Shown in pieces: positions 1 to 6,951 of a stretch of DNA of 12,846 nucleotides. Position 1 is the first letter of the stretch, and the number at the start of each line of letters is the position of its first letter. Under the pieces are notes generated by a model that was not told the DNA's origin, ran no database searches, and worked only from the letters and a program-made list of their open reading frames with translations. Origin of the DNA: Myxococcales bacterium (GTDB lineage Bacteria; Myxococcota; Myxococcia; Myxococcales; Anaeromyxobacteraceae); NCBI GenBank assembly GCA_038320275.1, contig JBBQEB010000115.1, forward strand, positions 1-12,846, written 5' to 3'. A program made the translations under genes and the position numbers.

Positions 1-62
1 ACCGAGATCAGGGCCGCCTCGGGCCCGACCAGTTGCCCATCCAGATCGACGATCGTCGGCAC
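1..62 (-). CDS. N-terminus of a probable class IV PLP-dependent aminotransferase (IlvE/Dat/PabC-like); continues off the left edge
   Basis: Not in the ORF track. GTG at 62 reads MPTIVDLDGQLVGPEAALISV with GC-rich third positions. This resembles the class IV start (xxLxGxxVxxExAxISVxDRG). Only about 21 codons are visible. Confidence 0.55.
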   Translation of the reverse strand, partial: MPTIVDLDGQLVGPEAALIS

Positions 63-69
63 GCCCTGG

Positions 70-75
70 AGAATA
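70..75 (-). promoter_or_regulatory. Candidate -10 box (TATTCT), leaderless-type promoter
   Basis: TAnnnT hexamer 7 nt upstream of the GTG at 62, in an AT-rich patch, with no SD. Confidence 0.5.
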
Positions 76-76
76 A

Positions 77-107
77 TTGACCGCCCCCGCCGCGGGGGCG
101 ATATCTC
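77..107 (+). promoter_or_regulatory. Candidate promoter TTGACC-N19-TATCTC with a perfect inverted repeat across the spacer
   Basis: TTGACC at 77-82; CGCCCCCGC-C-GCGGGGGCG at 82-100; weak -10 at 102-107; ATG at 116. Confidence 0.35.
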
Positions 108-115
108 GCGGGGCC

Positions 116-550
116 ATGGCCGATGAGAACGTCAGGTGCGCCCGCTGTCAGGTCTCGATGGCCACCTGGGCTGCACCCGGAAGCGCGATGCTTTACTGGC
201 GCTGTCCCCGATGCGGAAGGATCCGCTGCCCGCGGGCCGCGACCGAGCGCGCGAGCGAGGGCGCACGCACCGTCCCCACCGCCGCGGACCTGGCCGTGAA
301 GCGCAGCCCCTCCCCCCCAGCGCCCCCATCGACCCCTGAGGCAGGTGCCTCGGGTGGGGGTGACTCCCGGTGGCCGGAGCTGGCGCTCCGCGCCGCGCGT
401 TGGTTCGAGCGACTGGAAGCGACGTCTCGCCCGGCCCGGAGGAGCGAGGCGATCTCCGAGCCCTCCGGCAGCGCGCTTCGAAAGCGCTCCGGCAAGTGCG
501 ATCGCAGGAGCGCGGGGGAGAGCCTGGCGGGATTGCAGCTGGACGCGTAG
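116..550 (+). CDS. Hypothetical zinc-ribbon protein, 144 aa; C-terminal ~40 aa possibly read-through
   Basis: MADENVRCARCQVSM...YWRCPRCG gives two CxxC pairs, followed by a Pro-rich linker and an amphipathic helix (WPELALRAARWFERLE). A promoter-like element lies upstream. Confidence 0.55.
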   Translation: MADENVRCARCQVSMATWAAPGSAMLYWRCPRCGRIRCPRAATERASEGARTVPTAADLAVKRSPSPPAPPSTPEAGASGGGDSRWPELALRAARWFERLEATSRPARRSEAISEPSGSALRKRSGKCDRRSAGESLAGLQLDA

Positions 551-1173
551 TACGCTCGCCAGAGCACCTCGAGCTCGTCGCTGCCGGACGGAGCCGCCGC
601 CACCCCGGGCCCGAGCTCCAGTTCGCCGCCATCCCAGTGAGCCGACGCATGCGGCGTCAGGATGGACCAGCGCATCGAGGCGAAGCGGCGGGCAAAGAAG
701 GGTGCCGCGAGAGGCAGCGTGAAATGATCGGGCCGGTGAAAGGCCACGTATCGCTCGCCGGCTGTCTCGGGGAGAGCTCGGAAGCGCACCAGGGCTCGGA
801 TGCGGTGCACGTCCTTCTCGACCTCGTGCGCCATGCTTCGCAGCCGGAACACGTCCTCGTCGACCGGATTGCCGAGCAGGGAGCGCTCGCCGCAGGCGAT
901 CCGCCAGAGCCCCCGGTAGAGAAGCCCCCAGCGCGCCGGGCTGGAGTGGCACGCCACTGTCCGCCCCAGCGCGACGAGCCCCGCCGGAACGCGCGCCGGA
1001 GGCCGTCGTCTCTCTCGCCCGGCCGCCCGATCGACGGCGATGCCGGGCAGAAGTGGCTCTTTGCCGGTCGCGGCGAAGATCGCCTCGTGCGGAGGCACGC
1101 CGAGCGCCAGGTACTCGCGGGCAGCGGCGCGCCAGCCGTCGAAGGAGAGCTCGAGCGGGGCAGCGGCGTTCAC
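193..1173 (-). CDS. TIGR03915/DUF4130 family putative DNA metabolism/repair protein, 326 aa, with no fused UDG domain
   Basis: Family-type motifs: FDGWRAAAR, RWGLLYRGLWR, DVHRIRALVRFR, APFFARRFASMRWSILTP, LWRAYYAS-NPARL, LPE. The GTG start at 1173 overlaps the radical SAM stop (GTGA). The extension to 2298 in the ORF track is a shadow of the upstream gene. Confidence 0.85.
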   Translation of the reverse strand: MNAAAPLELSFDGWRAAAREYLALGVPPHEAIFAATGKEPLLPGIAVDRAAGRERRRPPARVPAGLVALGRTVACHSSPARWGLLYRGLWRIACGERSLLGNPVDEDVFRLRSMAHEVEKDVHRIRALVRFRALPETAGERYVAFHRPDHFTLPLAAPFFARRFASMRWSILTPHASAHWDGGELELGPGVAAAPSGSDELEVLWRAYYASSCNPARLSPALLRSHLPERFRSALPEGSEIASLLRAGRDVASSRSNQRAARSASSGHRESPPPEAPASGVDGGAGGEGLRFTARSAAVGTVRAPSLARSVAARGQRILPHRGQRQ

Positions 1174-2423
1174 AGCTCCCCCGTGACAGCGGCGCGGGTG
1201 TTCTGAAAGAGGGAGAGCTGCGCCGCGCGTGGGCGGAAGCGCGCCTCCAGCCCCGGCCCGTCCAGAGCGCGCACGGCTGGGTTGCTTCCCTCCCAGACGA
1301 GGAAGGGGGCCGCGCGCCGGACGGGCACGCGCAGCCGCGACAGCTCCGCCCCCCCGAGTCGCCGGAAGCGCCGGGCTCCGAGGATGCGCTCCACGGCGCG
1401 TACTCCGAGTCCGGGGACGCGCAGGAGGCTTTCGCGCGGCGCGGAGTTCACGTCGACGGGAAAACGAGCCCTGTTGCGCAGCGCCCAGGCGAGCTTCGGG
1501 TCGAGCTCGAGGTCGAGCCGCCCGTCGCTCCCCCCCACGATCTCGCCCGCGTCGAAGCCGTAGAAGCGCATGAGCCAGTCGGCCTGGTAGAGGCGGTGCT
1601 CGCGGACGAGGGGAGCACGCGCCGCCGGCAGGTCCGGATGTGGAGCGGAGGTGGGGCTGTAGGCGGAGTAGTAGACGCGCCGCAGGCCGTGGCGGGCGTA
1701 GAGCTCGGAGGCGCGGGCGAGCACGCTCGCGTCGCTGGACGGGGTGGCGCCGACCACCATCTGCGTGGTCTGCCCGGCCGGCGCGAAGCGCGGCGCGCTG
1801 CGGAACCGCTTGCGCTCGTCCTCCGCCTGATCGCGCCCGCCGCGGATGAGCCGCATGCCGCGCTCGATGACGCCGGCGTCCTTTCCCGGCGCGAGCTTCG
1901 CGAGGTCGCCATCGGTGGGGAGCTCGATGTTCATGCTCAGACGGTCGGCGAGCCGCCCTGCCTGCAGCACCAGCTCGCTGGACGCGCCCGGGATGGCCTT
2001 GAGATGGATGTACCCGCCGAAGCGGTGCTCCTCGCGGAGAAGCCTCGCGGTCTCGACGAGCAGCTCCATGGTGAAGTCGGCGCTCCGCACGATGCCCGAG
2101 CTGAGGAACAGGCCTTCGATGTAGTTCCGTCGGTAGAAATCGGCGGTGAGGTCGGCCACCTCCGCCGGCGTGAACCTCGCGCGCTCCACCCCCGAGGAGC
2201 GGCGATTCACGCAGTACTGGCAGTCGAGGATGCAGGCGTTGGTGAGCAACAGCTTGAGCAGCGAGATGCAGCGCCCGTCCGGGGTGTAGCTGTGGCATAT
2301 GCCGCTGGAAGCGCCATCGCCCAGGCCGCCGCGGGGTGCAGGGCGGTTCGACCCGCTCGACGCGCAGGAGGCGTCGTAGCGAGCGGCACCGGAGAGGATC
2401 CTCAGCGTGTCGACCTGCTCCAT
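1170..2423 (-). CDS. Putative DNA modification/repair radical SAM protein (TIGR03916 family) with C-terminal helix-hairpin-helix, 417 aa
   Basis: AARYDASCASSG and GICHSYTPDGRCISLLK; CxxxCxxC motif (CILDCQYC); NYIEGLFLSSG, GYIHLKAIPG, REHRLYQADWLMRFYGF; HhH motif VDVNSAPRESLLRVPGLG. Start placed at ATG 2423 (MEQVDTLRIL) to match the family N-terminus. Confidence 0.95.
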   Translation of the reverse strand: MEQVDTLRILSGAARYDASCASSGSNRPAPRGGLGDGASSGICHSYTPDGRCISLLKLLLTNACILDCQYCVNRRSSGVERARFTPAEVADLTADFYRRNYIEGLFLSSGIVRSADFTMELLVETARLLREEHRFGGYIHLKAIPGASSELVLQAGRLADRLSMNIELPTDGDLAKLAPGKDAGVIERGMRLIRGGRDQAEDERKRFRSAPRFAPAGQTTQMVVGATPSSDASVLARASELYARHGLRRVYYSAYSPTSAPHPDLPAARAPLVREHRLYQADWLMRFYGFDAGEIVGGSDGRLDLELDPKLAWALRNRARFPVDVNSAPRESLLRVPGLGVRAVERILGARRFRRLGGAELSRLRVPVRRAAPFLVWEGSNPAVRALDGPGLEARFRPRAAQLSLFQNTRAAVTGEL

Positions 2424-2430
2424 GCGGCCC

Positions 2431-2439
2431 ACTGTAGCA
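2431..2439 (-). promoter_or_regulatory. Extended -10 promoter (TGcTACAGT) for the radical SAM operon, probably leaderless
   Basis: TGnTAnnnT ends 7 nt before ATG 2423, with no SD. An alternative -10 (TATGAT, 2449-2454) lies inside the LexA-like box. Confidence 0.55.
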
Positions 2440-2445
2440 CGGAAA

Positions 2446-2462
2446 CTGATCATATGTTCAGG
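2446..2462. promoter_or_regulatory. LexA (SOS) operator, Myxococcus type
   Basis: CTGATCATATGTTCAGG is a 16-bp palindrome with one mismatch. It matches the M. xanthus LexA consensus CTRHAMRYBYGTTCAGS at 15/17 positions and sits 22 bp upstream of a DNA-repair-type operon. Confidence 0.75.
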
Positions 2463-2630
2463 GTATGCGCACCTCCCCTGCGGCCTCCTTCCCACCTCGA
2501 CCGCGGCCGGCAACGGAGTCCGGGCGCTCGGGCGAAGGGAAAGGATCGCAGTGGGCTGGGTCGGGACCGAGGCAGGTCGAGGCGCACGCGACGCAGGGGC
2601 GCCCGAAAAAAGCGTGCGGCGCCCTCCTTC

Positions 2631-2639
2631 TGCTACCCT
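2631..2639 (+). promoter_or_regulatory. Candidate extended -10 (TGcTACCCT) for the flippase gene
   Basis: TGnTAnnnT in the divergent intergenic region, about 155 nt upstream of the proposed start. Confidence 0.35.
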
Positions 2640-2795
2640 GGGTGGGCCGGCCGACCGCCGAGCCCGCGCAGGAAGGTCGGCTCGGGAGGTCGCTCATCCG
2701 GCACCCAAGGGGGCGCCCCGTGAGCGTTGGCGCTGCGCCCCCGCATGGTCAGCTTGGGCGCGAGCGCGGTCCGCCGGCGCGCGGAGGTCTTCGTC

Positions 2796-4316
2796 TTGAG
2801 TCAGGGTCGTTCGCTCATGGGCCGCGCAGGGCCTCTCATCGCGGCGCGGCTCATCTCCGCCGTGGTGTCGCTCTCGATCCCCCTCGTGCTCGCCCGCACG
2901 ATGGCCATCGCCGAGTACGGCACCTACAAGCAGCTCTTCCTGCTCTCCGTCACCATCTCGGCCGTCGTCCCGCTGGGCATGTCGCAGAGCCTGTACTTCT
3001 TCATTCCTCGCACCACCGAGCGGCGGGCCTGCTTCACCCAGACGCTGCTCTTCCTGGTGCTGGTGGGATCGCTGGGCGGGCTCGCGCTCTACCTCTGCGG
3101 CTCCTGGATCGCCTCCGCGCTCACGAACCCCGGTCTCCTGGAGCACCGGCTCGAGCTCGCGCTGTACACCGGTCTCCTGGTGGCGTCGTACCCGCTCGAG
3201 ATCTCGATGACGACGCAGGGGCTCACGCGCCGCGCGGCGGTCACCTACCTCGCGTCCGACTTTTTCAAGGCGGCCGCGCTGGTGATCCCGAGCGCCACCG
3301 GTCTCGGGCTGCACTGGATGATGTGGGGGATGGTGACCTGGGCAGCGCTCCGGCTGCTCGCTTCATGGGTTTCCATGGTCGCATCCACCCGCGGGCCCCT
3401 GTGGGACAGGGGGCTCCTGCGCCAGCAGCTCGCCTACGCCCTCCCCTTCGGCGCCGCCATCGCGGTCGCCATCCCGCAGCAGTACGCGCACCAGTTCATC
3501 GTCGCCCACGCGGTGGGGCCGGCCCTGTTCGCGGTGTACGCGGTGGCGGTCTTCGAGCTGCCCTTCGTGGACCTCTTCTACACGCCCACCGGCGAGGTCC
3601 TCATGGTGCAGCTCGGCGAGCTCGAGGCCGCGGGCCGGCGCACCGAGGGCGCGGGGGCGTTCCGCGACGCGGTGGACCGGCTCGGCATCCTGCTTCTCCC
3701 GCCCATCTTCTTCATCTGGGCGGTCGCGCCGGCCTTCATCACCACCATGTTCGGCGACCGCTTCGCCTCCGCCTCGTCCATCTTCCGGCTGTGCCTGTTC
3801 GCGATGCCGCTCGCCATCCTCCCCATCGACGCCACCCTCCGCGCCCGGGGTGAGACCCGGCACATCCTCATCTCCTACGTGCTGAAGGCGCTGGTGACCA
3901 TCCCGCTCGCCTGGATCGGCGTCGCCCGCTTCGGGCTCGCGGGGGCGGCGGGCTCCTACGTCATCGCGGAGTTCCTGGGCCGCGCGTTCCTCGCGTGGAA
4001 GGTGCCGGCCTCCCTCTCCACCGCGGACACGCGCATCCACGGCCGCGATCTCATCCCCGGCAAGCACCTCCTGCGCACGGTGGGCGCGGCGGTGGTGCTG
4101 GCGCTGGCCGGCGCCGGCACGCTGCGGCTGGCGCTCGGCATCGATCTCGTGGCGAGCGCGCCGCTGGTGCGCCGCGTGCTCCCGCTCGGGCTCGCGGGCG
4201 CCGTGTTCGGGGCCGGCTACCTGTCCCTGCTCGCAGTGACGCACGCACAGCTGCCCGGCTTCCTGGGGGCGATCCTGGCCCGGCGCAGGGCGAGGCGCGC
4301 CGTGCCGGTTGCCTGA
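2796..4316 (+). CDS. Wzx-like oligosaccharide/polysaccharide flippase (MOP superfamily), about 506 aa
   Basis: Many hydrophobic helices; PLVLAR...EYGTY, LGMSQSLYFF, YALPFG, FAVYAVA patterns; adjacent to glycosyltransferases. GGAGG (2783-2787) lies 8 nt before TTG 2796. Alternative starts are 2745 and 2817. Confidence 0.85.
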   Translation: MSQGRSLMGRAGPLIAARLISAVVSLSIPLVLARTMAIAEYGTYKQLFLLSVTISAVVPLGMSQSLYFFIPRTTERRACFTQTLLFLVLVGSLGGLALYLCGSWIASALTNPGLLEHRLELALYTGLLVASYPLEISMTTQGLTRRAAVTYLASDFFKAAALVIPSATGLGLHWMMWGMVTWAALRLLASWVSMVASTRGPLWDRGLLRQQLAYALPFGAAIAVAIPQQYAHQFIVAHAVGPALFAVYAVAVFELPFVDLFYTPTGEVLMVQLGELEAAGRRTEGAGAFRDAVDRLGILLLPPIFFIWAVAPAFITTMFGDRFASASSIFRLCLFAMPLAILPIDATLRARGETRHILISYVLKALVTIPLAWIGVARFGLAGAAGSYVIAEFLGRAFLAWKVPASLSTADTRIHGRDLIPGKHLLRTVGAAVVLALAGAGTLRLALGIDLVASAPLVRRVLPLGLAGAVFGAGYLSLLAVTHAQLPGFLGAILARRRARRAVPVA

Positions 4317-4379
4317 GCCGTCGTCGATGCTACGACCCCCCGGTCGGTGAAGCCCGCGCGCGGCGGCGAGCGCTTCGCG

Positions 4380-5531
4380 CTACGCGGCTCGGCGGGCCGG
4401 AATGGCCTCGCGCCCGGCGACGCGCCGATACAGTCGGTCGTGCTCCTCCACCATTCGCTCGAGGGTGAGCTCGGTCTCGACGAACTTGCGGGCGGCTCTC
4501 CCCATGCGGCGGGCCCGCTCGGGATCGCGCAGCAGGGTTGCCATGGCCCGCGCGAGCGCGGCCGGGCGCTCCGGTGGGACCACGAAGCCGCGATCCCCGT
4601 CTTTCACCAGCTCGGCGTTGCCCCCGGCGTCGGTCACCACCATCGGCAGACCCGCCGCCATGCCCTCCATCACCGCGTTGGAGAGTCCCTCCTGCCGCGA
4701 GCTGAGCACGCCGAAGGTGCCTCGCGCCAGGACCGCCGGAACGTCGTCACGGCGCCCCAGGAAGTGAGCCACTCCGGAGAGCCCGAGGCGCTCCGCCATG
4801 GCCTCCAGCATCCGCTTGCGGGAGCCCTCCCCCACGATCAGGGCGCGGAGGTTGGGGAAGTCCGCGCGCAGAAGCGCGAGCGCCTCGAGGAAGTCCTCCT
4901 GGCGCTTCACCTCGTGGCGAAGATTCGCGACGTGCACTGCCACCGGCCCATCACCGGTGTCTGGCAGAAGCGCCTCCAGCGCTCCCGCCCGCGCCGCGTC
5001 GAAGCGGGCGATGTCGAGGCCGTTGCGGATGACGACCACCCTGCTCGCCGGGACCTTGTCGCGGTTCACCACGAACTGACGGACCGCCTCGCAGTTGGCG
5101 ATCACCACGTCCGCTGCATGCGAGGCCGCCGCGAGCGCCAGGTGGCGCGCCCGACCGTGCCAGTGCACGAGGTCGAGGCGGCTCACCACCACAGGAACTC
5201 CCGCGAGCTTGGCGGCGGGCACGCCGATCAGCGTCGAGTAGAAGTCCTGCGCATGCACGAGCTCGGTCCTGTCGCGGCGGAGGGACTTCGAGAGGCGCAT
5301 CGTCTCGACGAGCGTCGCCGGGCGCATGAAGGATCCGGCCAACGGATGTACGATGGGCTCGTAGCCCAGCGCCCGGACGTCCTCGATGAGCGGGCCTCGC
5401 GTCTCGAGCGCGTGGACGGAGACCTGGTAGACGGACGGAAGGCGCCGCAGGAGCTCCAGGAACTGGACCTCCCCTCCTCCGACCCGAAAGCAGTTCGTGA
5501 ATTCCACTACTTTGATGCGGTCGGTCGTCAT
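4380..5531 (-). CDS. Glycosyltransferase family 4 (GT-B), 383 aa
   Basis: GGGE N-terminal motif, VIRNGLD, and EX7E motif EGLSNAVME followed by GMAAGLPMVVTDAGG. Confidence 0.92.
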   Translation of the reverse strand: MTTDRIKVVEFTNCFRVGGGEVQFLELLRRLPSVYQVSVHALETRGPLIEDVRALGYEPIVHPLAGSFMRPATLVETMRLSKSLRRDRTELVHAQDFYSTLIGVPAAKLAGVPVVVSRLDLVHWHGRARHLALAAASHAADVVIANCEAVRQFVVNRDKVPASRVVVIRNGLDIARFDAARAGALEALLPDTGDGPVAVHVANLRHEVKRQEDFLEALALLRADFPNLRALIVGEGSRKRMLEAMAERLGLSGVAHFLGRRDDVPAVLARGTFGVLSSRQEGLSNAVMEGMAAGLPMVVTDAGGNAELVKDGDRGFVVPPERPAALARAMATLLRDPERARRMGRAARKFVETELTLERMVEEHDRLYRRVAGREAIPARRAA

Positions 5532-5716
5532 GGCGGGCGTAACCTGAGCACGATGTATGCCGGGCGCGGGCCCTCAGAAAGGGTAAGTGCGCTCCCTTGC
5601 TCCCTAGCCCCTCGTGGATGCGATGCCTTGGCGCCCCGTTCGCGGCACCTCATGTTGGCGCGAGATCGAAGAATATGAGCCAAGCTCGTGAACAGGCGAC
5701 TCGCGTGAAGCGCGGA

Positions 5717-6946
5717 ATGACAGCGGCATCGACCCGTCAGGGACGCCCTCTGGGCGTCGCGATGATCTCGGCTGTGTTTCCGCCCTCCATCGGCGGGATC
5801 CAGTCCCACACGCTTCGCCTGGGCCAGAAGCTGGTCGAGCGCGGGGTGAGGGTGCACGTCCTCACCCGCATCGAGCGGGACTGGGCTCCGCACGAGAACA
5901 TGGGGGGCGTGGAAGTCCATCGGCTGGGCTGGGCCACCGCACACCCACCGGCGCTCAGCGGTGTGGCTTTCATCGCCGCCGCCTCCCGCAAGGTGGTCGA
6001 GCTGCGCGGCGAGGTGGACATCCTGCACGCGCACCAGCTCCTCTCGCCGACCCTGGTCGGGCTGTTCTCGGCACCGCTGGTGAACAAGCCCCTCATCTTG
6101 AATCCGCACGCCTGCGGCGACATCGGCGACGTGGGTCTCCTCTCCGCGAGCCTACCCGGGCGACTTCGACTTGCCGCGGCGGTGAAGCGGGCCGACGCCT
6201 TCGTCGCGGTGAGCCGCGCCATCGCCGACGAGCTCCGGAGCGTGGGGGCCAGGGCCTCGATCATCCACGCCATTCCCAACGGCGTGGACACCACCTGCTT
6301 CCACCCGTCGTCACCCAGCGAGCGTGCCGCGCTCCGGCGCGAGCTCTCCCTTCCTGCCTTCGGGCCCCTCGTCGCGTACACCGGGCGGCTCGCTCCGGAA
6401 AAGGGCGTGGATGTCCTGCTCTCGGCGTGGCCGGCCGTCATCGCCGCCAACCCAGCCGCGAAGCTCGTCCTGGTGGGCTCCGGCGGGGACGACCACGTCC
6501 TGCGCGGCCATGCGGTCGAGCTGGGTATCTCGGGGTCCGTGCTGTTCGCGGGTGGCGTGCCCGACTCGTCCCCCTACCTCCGCGCCGCCGACGTGGGGGT
6601 GCTCCCCTCGCGCACGGAAGGAATGCCGGTGGCGCTGCTGGAGGCGATGGCCTGCGCCCTGCCGGTGGTCGCGACGGCGGTGGGCGGCACGAAGGAGGTT
6701 CTCGCCGACGGCGTGACGGGCCGCCTGGTACCCTCGGAAGACCCGGCCGCCCTCGCGAGGGGCCTCGTCGAGGCGCTGAGCGGCGACGCCCTCGCCCTCG
6801 GCAGGGGCGAGGCCGCCCGCGCCCACGTCACCGAGCGGTATGCCCTCGACGCGATCGCCGACCGCTTCATCGCGCTCTACCGGACGCTGCTCGCGCAGCG
6901 GGTCGATGGCGCGCTCGCTCAAGCGCCGGGCTCGCTGACCAGGTGA
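5717..6946 (+). CDS. Glycosyltransferase family 4 (GT-B), about 409 aa; alternative start at 5675
   Basis: FPPSIGGIQ, IPNGVD, YTGRLAPEKG, EGMPVALLEAMACALPVVATAVGG. Confidence 0.92.
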   Translation: MTAASTRQGRPLGVAMISAVFPPSIGGIQSHTLRLGQKLVERGVRVHVLTRIERDWAPHENMGGVEVHRLGWATAHPPALSGVAFIAAASRKVVELRGEVDILHAHQLLSPTLVGLFSAPLVNKPLILNPHACGDIGDVGLLSASLPGRLRLAAAVKRADAFVAVSRAIADELRSVGARASIIHAIPNGVDTTCFHPSSPSERAALRRELSLPAFGPLVAYTGRLAPEKGVDVLLSAWPAVIAANPAAKLVLVGSGGDDHVLRGHAVELGISGSVLFAGGVPDSSPYLRAADVGVLPSRTEGMPVALLEAMACALPVVATAVGGTKEVLADGVTGRLVPSEDPAALARGLVEALSGDALALGRGEAARAHVTERYALDAIADRFIALYRTLLAQRVDGALAQAPGSLTR

Positions 6947-6951
6947 ACCGC

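Noticed and set aside
1174..2298. 701-aa ORF (193..2298) as one long protein or a frameshift fusion with the radical SAM gene
   Set aside because: The upstream part is Arg/Pro/Ala-rich off-frame sequence over the radical SAM gene. DUF4130-like sequence starts only at the GTGA overlap at 1173, and no slippery site was seen.
5629..5643. TGGCGCC-N4-TCGC, possible sigma54 promoter upstream of the GT4 pair
   Set aside because: GG-N10-GC spacing is right, but the -12 element is weak and such matches are frequent in GC-rich DNA.
6939..6949. CCAGGTGAACC before ATG 6952, also present before the - strand ATG at 10454
   Set aside because: Mostly explained as an AGGTGA Shine-Dalgarno sequence; too short to call a regulatory repeat.
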